From assembly GCA_025929005.1 (NCBI GenBank), contig JAICND010000001.1, positions 1 to 28,216 of the forward strand: DNA of 28,216 nucleotides, given 5' to 3'. The first letter of the stretch is position 1. Every line of letters starts with the position of its first letter. A program made the translations under genes and the position numbers. The notes below the pieces were generated by a model that saw only the letters and a list, made by a program, of their open reading frames with translations, ran no database searches and was not told the origin of the DNA. Source of the DNA: Acidimicrobiia bacterium (lineage in GTDB: Bacteria > Actinomycetota > Acidimicrobiia > Spongiisociales > ZC4RG35). Of this stretch, positions 1 to 8,911 are shown one piece after another.

Positions 1-1
1 C

Positions 2-280
2 GTCAAACGGGTTGGTGCCACCCCACGCCTCGGCGGAGTCGTACATGCCACGTCCACAGATCCCGGCTCCAAGACCCGCGGTGAGATCCTCGAAGAATTC
101 CCGGTCGGCCTCCGACATGCCGACGCCCGGCTCGTGCTCGGTCTCGTAGGTCCAGGGCCCACCCATCACCCAGTAGTGGAGTCTCTCGCCCCCCACCCCG
201 AGCCCGCACCCGGGCCCGTCGCCGGGGCCAGTGATGAACCCATCCACAGACGTGGTGATGGTGGCGATTACATTGCTCAC
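2..280 (-). CDS. Dihydrofolate reductase / RibD C-terminal-domain family protein (partial, 3' end runs off the left edge)
   Basis: Not in the ORF track; translated by hand from GTG at 280: MSNVIATITTSVDGFITGPGDGPGCGLGVGGERLHYWVMGG...GAGICGRGMYDSAEAWGGTNPFD. Has the typical SVDGFI and GRxMYD motifs. GGAG RBS lies 6 nt upstream. Confidence 0.8.
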   Translation of the reverse strand, partial: MSNVIATITTSVDGFITGPGDGPGCGLGVGGERLHYWVMGGPWTYETEHEPGVGMSEADREFFEDLTAGLGAGICGRGMYDSAEAWGGTNPFD

Positions 281-533
281 GATTCACTCCCTACGGGTCG
301 TTACCTGGAACCCGGATCACCCGATGAGCACTCGGATTGTCTGAGGGCTTCGACGAATTCAGGCACCACTCAAGCGGCACGGTAGGCGCGTGACACGCCG
401 AAAAAGCGAGTACGCCAGAGCAACCGGGGACGTGCCGTTCTCGACGGTCTTGGAGTGCGGGCACTTTCCGTTACAGCGGGCGCGATGAACGCATGTGGAT
501 CGCAGTGAGCTTCCGAGACCCTGCGGAGCCCTC

Positions 534-3500
534 CTAGGGACTCACCCCTGCCAGGGCTTCGATCTGGCCGAGGACCACCATGAAGAAGGCAAGGTCCTGG
601 TCTGACTCCAGCGAGTGGGCGAGGTGGAGGACTCGTGTCAACGCACCAGAGCGCGACGCCAGGAACGAGTCCACCGCATCGTCGCCGGACTCGTGGTCTT
701 CGGCCTCGCTCAACGCACGCTCGGCCAGTCGTCGTTGCACTCTGATCAGGTCGTCTTCGATCGTCTGACGCGCCCAGCGTTTCCACGGGTCGCCCGCCGC
801 CGTTTTGTCCAACAGGCTCACCAGGTTGTCGAGCTGAACGGCCTGTCCAATCCGGAAAAAGACTCGGCCGACCTCCACCACCGAGCGTCCGGACTGGTCG
901 GCAACCTCGAGGATGCCTGGCGCATGCACGAGGTCGCGCAACATTGCCAGTCGATGGGCCATCGCGATTGGGAAGCCTGCCTCGGCAAAATCTTCCGCGC
1001 GCTTGTGTCGATCCGCCTCCCACAGTGGTGGTCCCAAGGACGCGCCAGTTTCCTCCAACAGCTTGAACCCCGCCGCAAGACTTTCGACCCTGCCCCAGGC
1101 CAGAGTCTCGGAAGACGCCCTCAGGTAGGAGCGGGTGAGACTGGCTACCAGCCTGTCGCTGGCGTTGATTGCCTGGGTCCACATTTCAACGTCCACCGAT
1201 CCGAACTGGCGCTCGATCTCATCCCGCCGAGCGGTTCCATCCGAGACGACCTGAGCGATCCGGTGGGCGGTCACTATCTGGGGAACGGCTGCACCGGTTC
1301 GAGCCACCAGTTGTGACACGAAGGTGGACCCCTGAGTGTCGATCACCTGGTTGGCCACAATGGTGGCAACGAGCTGTCGGAGCAGCGGATGCTCAGGTAT
1401 CAGGGCTGCGAATCTGGTGGTGACCTCATCGGGGAAGTAGGCGAGCACATCTTCGGTGAGTACCCCGATCTCGGAGCTGTCGGAGGACAGCAGTGAATCC
1501 GCCAGGCTGCGCTTGGCGTAAGCGAGCATCACGCCGATCTCGGGGCGAGTCAATCCGTTTCCCGCCCGGGATCTTTCGAACATCTCTTCAGTGCTGGGAA
1601 GCCCTTCCAGCTCGCGATCCAACAGGCCGTCTTCCACGAGCGCGTGCATGAGCTGTTCGTACGAGTCCATGCGGTGTACCGAAGTGCTCTCTTCCAGGGC
1701 CAGCCGTTGCGCCTGCTCGAAGCTGTCGTGGAGTATCCGCTCGATCACGTCCTCAGCCACCCGCTCCAACAACCGATGGGACTCGTCTCGCTCGACCAAC
1801 CCCTGCCCTCGGGCGAGGCTGGTCAGGATCTTCAGGTTGACCTCGCGATCTGAGCAGTTGACACCCCCCGAGTTGTCGATGAAGTCGCTGTTGACCTTTC
1901 CGCCTGACAAGGCGTACTCGATACGACCGCGCTGGGTGAGCCCGAGGTTGCCGCCCTCGACGACCACCCGACAGCGGAGCTGCGAAGCGTTGACGCGGAC
2001 GGGATCATTGGTCTTGTCACCCACGGCCTCATTCGGCTCATCGGTCGCCTTTACGTAGGTACCGATTCCTCCGTTCCACAGAACGTCGACCGGCGCACAG
2101 AGGATGATGCGTATCAGCTCGGCTGGGGTGACGGTCGCTGCCTCGGTATGGAGAGCAGCCTGGGCTTGTGTCGACAACGAGATCTTCTTCGCGGCGCGGG
2201 AGAAGACACCGCCGCCTTTCGAGATCAGCGCATCGTCGTAGTCGGCCCAGGTCGAGCGGGGCAGGTCGAAGAGACGGCGCCGCTCTGCGAAGGAGACCGC
2301 CGGATCCGGATCCGGGTCGATGAAGACATGACGGTGATCGAACGCGGCCACGAGCTTTATCTTGTCCGACCCGAGCATCCCATTGCCGAAGACGTCACCG
2401 GACATGTCGCCGATTCCCACGGCGGTGAATGGCATCAGATGGGGGTCGGTCCCCAATTCGAGCAGGTGGCGCTCCAGTGACTTCCACGCTCCACGGGCCG
2501 TAATGCCCAAAGCCTTGTGGTCGTACCCGGTCGAGCCACCCGAGGCGAAGGCATCGTCGAGCCAGTACCCGTAGTCCCTGGCTATCTGGTTGGCGATGTC
2601 CGAAAACGTTGCAGTTCCTTTGTCGGCGGCGACCACCAGATAAGGGTCATCGTCGTCATGGACGCGGATTCCTTCAGGGTGCACCACATTGCCGCCGCTC
2701 AAGTTGTCGGTCAGGTCGAGAAGGCCTCGGATGAACGTCGAGTACGCCGAGACCACCGCCTCGCGCACCTCAGCCTGGTCGCTCGGCGGTCGGCGGAGGA
2801 CAAATCCGCCTTTAGCACCAGTGGGGACGATCACAGAGTTCTTGGTGATCTGTGCCTTGAGCAATCCGAGAACCTCGGTTCGATAGTCCTCGCGTCGATC
2901 GGACCATCGGATCCCGCCTCTGGCCAATGGCCCGGCTCGCAAGTGGATGCCCTCCACGTCACACCCCAGCACGAAGACCTCCGCGAAGGGTCGTGGGGCC
3001 GGCATGTCGGGCACCTGAGACGAGCGGAGTTTGAGCGATAGAGCCTTGCGACCGGGTTTGTAAGCGTTGGTGCGGACAGTGGCCTCGATGAGGTGGAGGA
3101 AGGTGCGCAGGATCCGGTCCTCGTCGAGTGATGGCACGTCGTCCAGCATCCCCAGCAACCCGTATCGGGCCGCCTCATACCCGGTTTCGTCGGCTTCGGG
3201 CTCGAAACGCATCTCGAACAGATCGATGAGTCGCCTGGCTATCGCAGGGTGAGACGTGAGGGTCTCGTTGACGTAATTGACCGTGAATGCCGGTCGCACC
3301 CGCTGCCAGTAGGTCCGGTAGGCACGGAGAATGGCGATCTGGGAGTGGTCGAGATCACTCACCAGGAGGAGATGGTGAAGCGAATCGGTCTCAACGTCGC
3401 CTTTCCAGACTGCGCTGAGAGCCTCCGACATGCGGGTGGCAGATCGCTCGAGATCTATCGGCCGATCATCGGGACCGAGCACACCGAAGTCGTGGACAAA

Positions 3501-5327
3501 CAGTTCATCCTCACCCGAGAGCCTGGTCGGGACTTCCTCCACGACCCGCAGGTCCATGTCCTCGAGCGCGGGGATCAACTCGGAGATAGGACGCTTCCTC
3601 CTGCCGTAGAGGGCAACCCGGGTCAATATCTCCGGCCCCCTCGACTCATTCTGGATACCCACGACGAAGGAGTGACCTCCGACTGCCAACTCGTCCAGCT
3701 TCTCGATGTCCCCGGCGGCCACGTCGAGCTCGGTGGATGTCGTGTAGTAATCGGGGAAACACTCCGCCCAGATCTGAACCAAGTCCCGCGCCTTGGCCGC
3801 ACCGTGTCGTCGCGACAGCACGTCGCCGACTCTCTCAGCCCACGACCTGGTGATCTCCCTGACCTCGGACTGGAGCTCATCGAATGCGACGTCGGGCACC
3901 TGACCTTCGTCGACCCAGACCTTGAAATGGAGATGGGCTATCTCATCGGCTTCCAAACTGAGGTTGAAGTCCACAGCCTCGCCGTTGAATCGATCGAGGA
4001 AGAGCTCCTCGAGACGTTTGACGAGACTGCTCGAGTAGCGGTCCGCGGGCATTGCCAAGAGCAGCCGCGCCGTACGATCGAGCAGGTCTCGACGCACGAA
4101 GAACCTCACCTTGTCCCCTTCACCGCGGGTGAGCAGACCCATGAGCAGCGGTCTCAGGTCGTCGAACGGCACACCGAAGAGGTCGTCCTTGGGAAAGCTC
4201 TCGAACAATGAGACGATGGCTTTATGGTCGTGGGAGCCTTCGATGAGGTCTTCGGCGCTGGCCAACTCAGCGAGCTTCTTGCGGAGGAGCGGCGTACGTG
4301 ACGCCCGCTCCATGTACGCCTTCGACGTGAAGAGACCGAGCAGGCGCGCCTCCCCCACTGTCTCACCCCCAGACCCCACGATGCGAACCCCTACATAGTC
4401 CATGCGAGCCAGCCGATGCACCGTTGACAGACGGTTGCTCTTCGATACGACCAGGAGATCTCCACTCTCGTATCGGGCTGCGAGTTGGGGAGGCAACGAC
4501 GAGAGCAAGGTCGGTTCCGCCCGCTTCGACATGGCCGACTCGGTGAGGATTCCCAGACCGGAAGCGTGGACAGCCTGTAAGGCTCTACCTTCGTCGGTAT
4601 CCATCAACTCGTACTCGCGATAACCGAGAAAGACGAAGTTGTCCTCCAGGAGCCATTCGAGGAAGGCGACCGATTCATCCACGTCTCCCACCGGGTAGTG
4701 GCCCTCTCCCCGGCGGACCAGATCGATCATTCTCGGGATGACACCGACCATGGCCCCAAAATCACTGACCGCGGCCCGTACATCGACGAGGACCCTGCGC
4801 AGTGCCTTTTCCAGAGCAGGGAGGTCCGCGTCGAAGAGGCGACGCTCGAGAACCCAATGCTGGACCGACTCGCGTTTGTCCGAAGCACGCGCCGGTCGAA
4901 CATGGGTGAGGCGTCCCTCTTCGTCGCGTTGGACGCCGATCACCGGATGAAGGACCCTGGACACGCCGAGACCGTGGGCCTGCAGTTCGTTGCCGATTGA
5001 GTCGACCAGGAACGGTCCGTCGTCGATGTTGACCTCGATGACGGTTCCGGGGCCGCCGTCTTCGTCTGCTGGCGGGTTGACGGCCCTCACGTCAATCGGC
5101 TCCGACCGCACCTCGATGAACTCGTAGAGCCCCACTACCTCGTCGTACAGATCGTCGGCTGACAGCCCCGGATCCGGGGGTACACGTCTCAGGTAGCTAC
5201 GTGCGAAACGGCTGATCAGATCGGGGAAGGGGCGGGCGTCGTCCTCAATGCGAGCGATGACCGCGTCGAGCACCGACTGGTCTCCCTTCGACCCATAGAC
5301 ATCAGTGGCAACCAAATCGCTCACCAA
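534..5327 (-). CDS. gdhB: Large NAD-specific glutamate dehydrogenase (Bac_GDH family, ~1600 aa)
   Basis: 1597-aa ORF with diagnostic motifs RGGIRWSDRREDYRTEVLGL.KAQ..KN.VIVP.GAKGGF, DDDPYLVVAADKGTATFSD.AN, DAFASGGS.GYDHK, GIGDMSGDVFGNG and DFIDNSGGV.CSD.EVN.KI. Confidence 0.96.
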   Translation of the reverse strand: MVSDLVATDVYGSKGDQSVLDAVIARIEDDARPFPDLISRFARSYLRRVPPDPGLSADDLYDEVVGLYEFIEVRSEPIDVRAVNPPADEDGGPGTVIEVNIDDGPFLVDSIGNELQAHGLGVSRVLHPVIGVQRDEEGRLTHVRPARASDKRESVQHWVLERRLFDADLPALEKALRRVLVDVRAAVSDFGAMVGVIPRMIDLVRRGEGHYPVGDVDESVAFLEWLLEDNFVFLGYREYELMDTDEGRALQAVHASGLGILTESAMSKRAEPTLLSSLPPQLAARYESGDLLVVSKSNRLSTVHRLARMDYVGVRIVGSGGETVGEARLLGLFTSKAYMERASRTPLLRKKLAELASAEDLIEGSHDHKAIVSLFESFPKDDLFGVPFDDLRPLLMGLLTRGEGDKVRFFVRRDLLDRTARLLLAMPADRYSSSLVKRLEELFLDRFNGEAVDFNLSLEADEIAHLHFKVWVDEGQVPDVAFDELQSEVREITRSWAERVGDVLSRRHGAAKARDLVQIWAECFPDYYTTSTELDVAAGDIEKLDELAVGGHSFVVGIQNESRGPEILTRVALYGRRKRPISELIPALEDMDLRVVEEVPTRLSGEDELFVHDFGVLGPDDRPIDLERSATRMSEALSAVWKGDVETDSLHHLLLVSDLDHSQIAILRAYRTYWQRVRPAFTVNYVNETLTSHPAIARRLIDLFEMRFEPEADETGYEAARYGLLGMLDDVPSLDEDRILRTFLHLIEATVRTNAYKPGRKALSLKLRSSQVPDMPAPRPFAEVFVLGCDVEGIHLRAGPLARGGIRWSDRREDYRTEVLGLLKAQITKNSVIVPTGAKGGFVLRRPPSDQAEVREAVVSAYSTFIRGLLDLTDNLSGGNVVHPEGIRVHDDDDPYLVVAADKGTATFSDIANQIARDYGYWLDDAFASGGSTGYDHKALGITARGAWKSLERHLLELGTDPHLMPFTAVGIGDMSGDVFGNGMLGSDKIKLVAAFDHRHVFIDPDPDPAVSFAERRRLFDLPRSTWADYDDALISKGGGVFSRAAKKISLSTQAQAALHTEAATVTPAELIRIILCAPVDVLWNGGIGTYVKATDEPNEAVGDKTNDPVRVNASQLRCRVVVEGGNLGLTQRGRIEYALSGGKVNSDFIDNSGGVNCSDREVNLKILTSLARGQGLVERDESHRLLERVAEDVIERILHDSFEQAQRLALEESTSVHRMDSYEQLMHALVEDGLLDRELEGLPSTEEMFERSRAGNGLTRPEIGVMLAYAKRSLADSLLSSDSSEIGVLTEDVLAYFPDEVTTRFAALIPEHPLLRQLVATIVANQVIDTQGSTFVSQLVARTGAAVPQIVTAHRIAQVVSDGTARRDEIERQFGSVDVEMWTQAINASDRLVASLTRSYLRASSETLAWGRVESLAAGFKLLEETGASLGPPLWEADRHKRAEDFAEAGFPIAMAHRLAMLRDLVHAPGILEVADQSGRSVVEVGRVFFRIGQAVQLDNLVSLLDKTAAGDPWKRWARQTIEDDLIRVQRRLAERALSEAEDHESGDDAVDSFLASRSGALTRVLHLAHSLESDQDLAFFMVVLGQIEALAGVSP

Positions 5328-5496
5328 CTGACGGGCAGACCGCCGAGCCGTACATTCTCGAACACGTCCTGATCAGTCTCGACGTGTCGCATCGATATGC
5401 AAGCGTACCTTTACTACGCGCTCACCCTCGAGCCGTGCTTCCGTTGTGCTGCTTGTTTCGACATTCCGACCATCGTGCCGATCTCGGACCAGCTGG

Positions 5497-5811
5497 TTAG
5501 CTCGTTAGCTTCGGGCCGCCGACAAGCATCTCGATCACTGGTAAGGCGTCAGGATTCTCAGATGTCATGATCAGGCGCACTCCGCGCTCGGTGTGGGCGG
5601 CATCGATGTGGAGGAATGCACAACATGCCACCTCACGTCGCGCCAGGTCTTCGACGACCGGGGCAACCTCGGTGTCGAACGTGACTGCATAACCGCCGTC
5701 AATCCGCTCTGACGTCACCCGATGAGCAGATAGAGCCCTCCACTCGCCAATCTGGTCTCTCGACTCCCGCGCTAGTAGCGAGCACGCGATGGGGTGGGTG
5801 TTTTCCGTCAT
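5497..5811 (-). CDS. Small hypothetical protein with IACSL...ACCAFL Cys motif (possible metal/metalloid-binding)
   Basis: 104 aa from ATG 5811 (MTENTHPIACSLL...REVACCAFLHI...). The ORF-track extension upstream to 5931 does not look coding. The Cys pattern resembles domains seen with actinobacterial MerR/ars loci (from recall). Confidence 0.62.
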   Translation of the reverse strand: MTENTHPIACSLLARESRDQIGEWRALSAHRVTSERIDGGYAVTFDTEVAPVVEDLARREVACCAFLHIDAAHTERGVRLIMTSENPDALPVIEMLVGGPKLTS

Positions 5812-6008
5812 CGCAGCACATCGTATCCAGGCCACCCACCGTCTCGAACACGCACGCCTATCCCGAACACAAGTCCAACGCTCCGGCCTCATCCAGCCCG
5901 CCACCGCCGAGGGCCTGTCCTCTTCGACCAAGTGAGTTGGAGCATCTCGCGCAGGCCAAGAACGGACAAGGCGACCCGGCGGGGACGCGAGGTTGAATCG
6001 GGTTCCGA

Positions 6009-6635
6009 TCAGTCGAAGCCGATGAAGTTGAAGTTCTCGTCGAGTTGGACGTCGACCTGGTTTCCATCGTCGAGCGTGACCTCAACTTCGTAGTAGCTCT
6101 CCTCGTCACCGACTTCCGTGGCGCTGACCCTGCCGCTCTGATCCAGCTCCTGTTCAACAACTTCGAGTGCCGTTGCGGACGCTTTGGTCAACGGGTCGCC
6201 AGTGATGGCGACGTCAAGGCCCTCATGCTGGTCATCGGCGGCGTCGTCGGCATCCCTATCCTCGTCGGCGATCGCCTCTGGGTGATCTGGCTCGTCTTCG
6301 CCGTCGTTCTCGTCGGTTTCTCTCTCCCGCTCGTCACCGACGACGTTGAAGTCCTCATCGAGTTGGACATCGACCTGGCTTCCGTCGTCGCGGGTGACTT
6401 CTACCTCGTAGTAGCTCTCCTCGTCCCCGACTTCGGTGTCGGTGACCTGACCTTCTCCGACGTGGGCGAGCGCAGCCTGCGAAGCGGCCTCGAATGCGTT
6501 TCCGGTGATGGACACGTCCGGTCCTTCGGCTGCATCCTCGGCGCTGTCGTCACCGCCGGCCATCGCCACTCCGGCGAACACAGCCAGAACTGCGATCGCC
6601 CCGGCGGCTACCAAGATTCTGCTACTTGGTTTCAC
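6009..6635 (-). CDS. Exported, highly acidic protein with two tandem PepSY-like domains
   Basis: Signal or anchor helix ILVAAGAIAVLAVFAGVAMA, then two near-identical units TEVGDEESYYEVEVT(R/L)DDG(S/N)QVDVQLDE(D/N)FN joined by a D/E-rich linker. Probable start GTG 6635. Confidence 0.8.
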   Translation of the reverse strand: MKPSSRILVAAGAIAVLAVFAGVAMAGGDDSAEDAAEGPDVSITGNAFEAASQAALAHVGEGQVTDTEVGDEESYYEVEVTRDDGSQVDVQLDEDFNVVGDERERETDENDGEDEPDHPEAIADEDRDADDAADDQHEGLDVAITGDPLTKASATALEVVEQELDQSGRVSATEVGDEESYYEVEVTLDDGNQVDVQLDENFNFIGFD

Positions 6636-6697
6636 GATTGCTCCCTGGGAAGACGGCAACTCTTGAAGCCCATCACCCCAATCGTCTGTCATGGACC

Positions 6698-6712
6698 CTG
6701 ACTCCAGCCTGA
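6698..6712 (-). promoter_or_regulatory. TCAG-N7-TCAG direct repeat, candidate OmpR-family box upstream of the PepSY gene
   Basis: + strand CTGACTCCAGCCTGA, identical to the 15-mer at 8777-8791. The 11-bp spacing is typical of winged-helix response-regulator sites. Confidence 0.55.
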
Positions 6713-6725
6713 CTCCGCCTCCAAA

Positions 6726-6757
6726 GCCTCCCCGCTCCTATTGGGAGAGAGGGAGGC
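6726..6757 (-). terminator. Possible intrinsic terminator of the regulator-kinase operon
   Basis: On the minus strand GCCTCCC-tct-CTCCC-AATA-GGGAG-c-GGGAGGC followed by TTT. It overlaps the kinase stop codon; the U-tract is short. Confidence 0.45.
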
Positions 6758-8078
6758 GAAGTTCGAAGACAGCTCCGGCGGTCTCGGAAGTTGCCAGTCG
6801 TAGAGACCCGCCGTGGCTGTGGACGATGTAGCGTGCGATCGCCAGACCGAGACCGGATCCTCCGGTCTCCAGGGTACGGGAGTCGTCGAGACGGGTGAAC
6901 CGGTCGAATATGCGCTCGGAGTCGGATTCGGGGATTCCGGGGCCGTCATCAGCGACGGTGAGCACAGCCTCGCCTGCTTGTTCTGCCAGCGCGACGGATA
7001 CGTGTTGGTTGGCGTGGCGTTGAGCGTTCTCCAATAAGTTGCGAACCGCGCGACGGAGCTGAACGGGATCAGCATTGATGTGCGCCCCTGAAACCCCGCC
7101 CAGATCAACCGATACTCGGTTCTCTGCTTGGATCCGCTGGGCCTCGCTGATGACCAGATCGTCGAGATCCAACGCCTGCCGGATCGGCTCGGCCGCGCCC
7201 TCGTCGGCGCGGGCCAGATACAAAAGGTCCTCGACGAGCCGCTGCATCTCGATCACATCCTCGAGCAGATCCCTGTTTTCGCCCGCCGCAACGGGTTTCT
7301 CGCTGCGTGTTTCCAGCTCCAGCGCGGTACGAATGCGGGTCAGTGGGCTGCGCAGCTCGTGCGATGCGTCAGCTACGAATCTCTTCTGTCTATCGGTGGC
7401 GCTTTCGACACGGGAGAGCATCTCGTTCATGGTCACGGCGAGACGGTCGATCTCGTCGCCGGTTCCTGGTTCGGGCACGCGTCGCTGGAGCTCGTTGGGT
7501 TTGATCTCGGCGACCTCGGCGCGGATCTGCTCGACGGGACTGAGTGTTCGGTCCACCATCCACCAGATCAGCCCGGCCGAGGCCAGAATCAGAAGCGGGA
7601 GGACCACTGCGAGCGGGCCGATCAGGGATTCCGCGGCATCGGATACCACTTCGAACTCGGTCCCGACGTGAAGGACAGCGTCCTCCCCTCTTGGTCGGCT
7701 GAGCACCCGAAACGAGTCATCGTCTCCCCCGAGACCCGAGATGGTGCGAATCAGATCCGAATCACCATCAGGAAGCGCCACGGGCAACGGATCCGTACCC
7801 AAGAGGTTGGCTGTCGAAGCCATCACCCTGCCGTCGGCTGCGACCAGTTGGGCGAACCCGTCACCAGCCCCGGCCGGGAACGAGCCATCGAAGCCGGCAC
7901 CAGCAACCAGGGCGGTCAAGTCGTCGGCCCTCTGGATCAGCGCCTGGTCGATCGTCGTGGTCAGAGAAGAACGTTGCAGAGCAACGAGGACCACACCACC
8001 CAGAATCAGGATCAGGGTGAGAACACCCACTGCGACTGCGGTCACTCGGAACCGGATCCCCCGCCGCACTGGTCTCAT
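6738..8078 (-). CDS. HAMP-domain sensor histidine kinase (HisKA/HATPase_c, OmpR-type partner)
   Basis: Two TM helices and a HAMP domain; H-box FVADASHELRSPL, N-box RNLLENAQRH, G1 VADDGPGI, F-box IFDRF, G2 GSGLGLAI. Start ATG 8078 overlaps the regulator stop (ATGA). Confidence 0.93.
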   Translation of the reverse strand: MRPVRRGIRFRVTAVAVGVLTLILILGGVVLVALQRSSLTTTIDQALIQRADDLTALVAGAGFDGSFPAGAGDGFAQLVAADGRVMASTANLLGTDPLPVALPDGDSDLIRTISGLGGDDDSFRVLSRPRGEDAVLHVGTEFEVVSDAAESLIGPLAVVLPLLILASAGLIWWMVDRTLSPVEQIRAEVAEIKPNELQRRVPEPGTGDEIDRLAVTMNEMLSRVESATDRQKRFVADASHELRSPLTRIRTALELETRSEKPVAAGENRDLLEDVIEMQRLVEDLLYLARADEGAAEPIRQALDLDDLVISEAQRIQAENRVSVDLGGVSGAHINADPVQLRRAVRNLLENAQRHANQHVSVALAEQAGEAVLTVADDGPGIPESDSERIFDRFTRLDDSRTLETGGSGLGLAIARYIVHSHGGSLRLATSETAGAVFELRLPLSQ

Positions 8079-8752
8079 CCGCCGTCGGCCCGCAGACGGT
8101 AGCCAGCACCACGCACCGTCTCGATGGCACCACGGTCGAACGGTTCGTCGATCCGGGTCCGGAGGCGACGGATGTACACCTCGACGATGTTGGGATCTCC
8201 CTCGAACCCGAACTCCCACACCCCATCCAGGACCTCCAACCTGGAGACGACCTGGTCTTGGCGTCGCATCAGGAACTCCAAGACGTCGAACTGCCGTGCC
8301 GTCAAACCAACTTCCACCTCACCACGCCACACCCGACGCTGGGCTGGGTCCAGACGGAGATCCCCGGCTTCCAACGAAACCGGACCTCTCCCCGACGTTC
8401 GCCGAAGAAGAGCCCGGATTCGGGCCACCAGCACCACAAACGAGAACGGCTTGGTCAGGTAGTCGTCGGCTCCTGTGTCCAATGCCTCAGCCTCGTCGTG
8501 CTCGCCGTCCTTGGCGGTGAGCATCAGGATCGGCGTCCAATCCCCTGCTTCTCGGAGATCAGCACAGATCTGGTAGCCATTGCGGCCCGGCAGCATGATG
8601 TCGAGAACGATCACGTCATAAGACCCCTCGGTCGCCAGCCACAGACCATCCTTCCCGTCCAGAGCAACATCCACCGTGAAACTCTCGGCTTCGAGTCCCC
8701 TTTTCACCAGCGAGGAAATTCTCTTGTCATCCTCGACCAACAGAACCTTCAT
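8075..8752 (-). CDS. OmpR/PhoB-family response regulator
   Basis: MKVLLVEDD, phospho-acceptor LDIMLPG, MLTA, GADDYLTKPF, and C-terminal winged helix NIVEVYIRRLR...IETVRGAGY. Confidence 0.95.
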   Translation of the reverse strand: MKVLLVEDDKRISSLVKRGLEAESFTVDVALDGKDGLWLATEGSYDVIVLDIMLPGRNGYQICADLREAGDWTPILMLTAKDGEHDEAEALDTGADDYLTKPFSFVVLVARIRALLRRTSGRGPVSLEAGDLRLDPAQRRVWRGEVEVGLTARQFDVLEFLMRRQDQVVSRLEVLDGVWEFGFEGDPNIVEVYIRRLRTRIDEPFDRGAIETVRGAGYRLRADGG

Positions 8753-8776
8753 CGCTCCAATTGCTACCACTACGAA

Positions 8777-8802
8777 CTGACTCCAGCCTGAACCGCAGCT
8801 GA
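8777..8802 (-). promoter_or_regulatory. Triple TCAG repeat at 11-bp spacing upstream of the response regulator (candidate autoregulatory site)
   Basis: + strand CTGA-ctccagc-CTGA-accgcag-CTGA. Confidence 0.55.
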
Positions 8803-8873
8803 CGAGGGTTGTCATGAATCCGGCACTATCAGCTGGCTGCAGGAAGCCCCGCCCCCTTTCACCGTGTCAGGGT

Positions 8874-8888
8874 TCAGCGGGAAGTCAG
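8874..8888 (+). promoter_or_regulatory. TCAG-N7-TCAG box upstream of the lipoprotein gene
   Basis: TCAG-cgggaag-TCAG, in the same orientation relative to its gene as the other two boxes. Confidence 0.5.
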
Positions 8889-8911
8889 GATGCCGGTTGA
8901 GAATCGACGAG

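Noticed and set aside
602-612. CTGACTCCAGC, matching 11 nt of the TCAG-box 15-mer
   Set aside because: It lies inside the gdhB coding sequence and lacks the second half-site; probably chance.
3249-4211. Long antisense or alternate-frame ORFs (also 615-1316, 6045-6701, 7128-8102, 10614-11474, 12416-12997, 18554-19795)
   Set aside because: They overlap well-supported genes and have no recognisable motifs; such shadow ORFs are expected in high-GC DNA.
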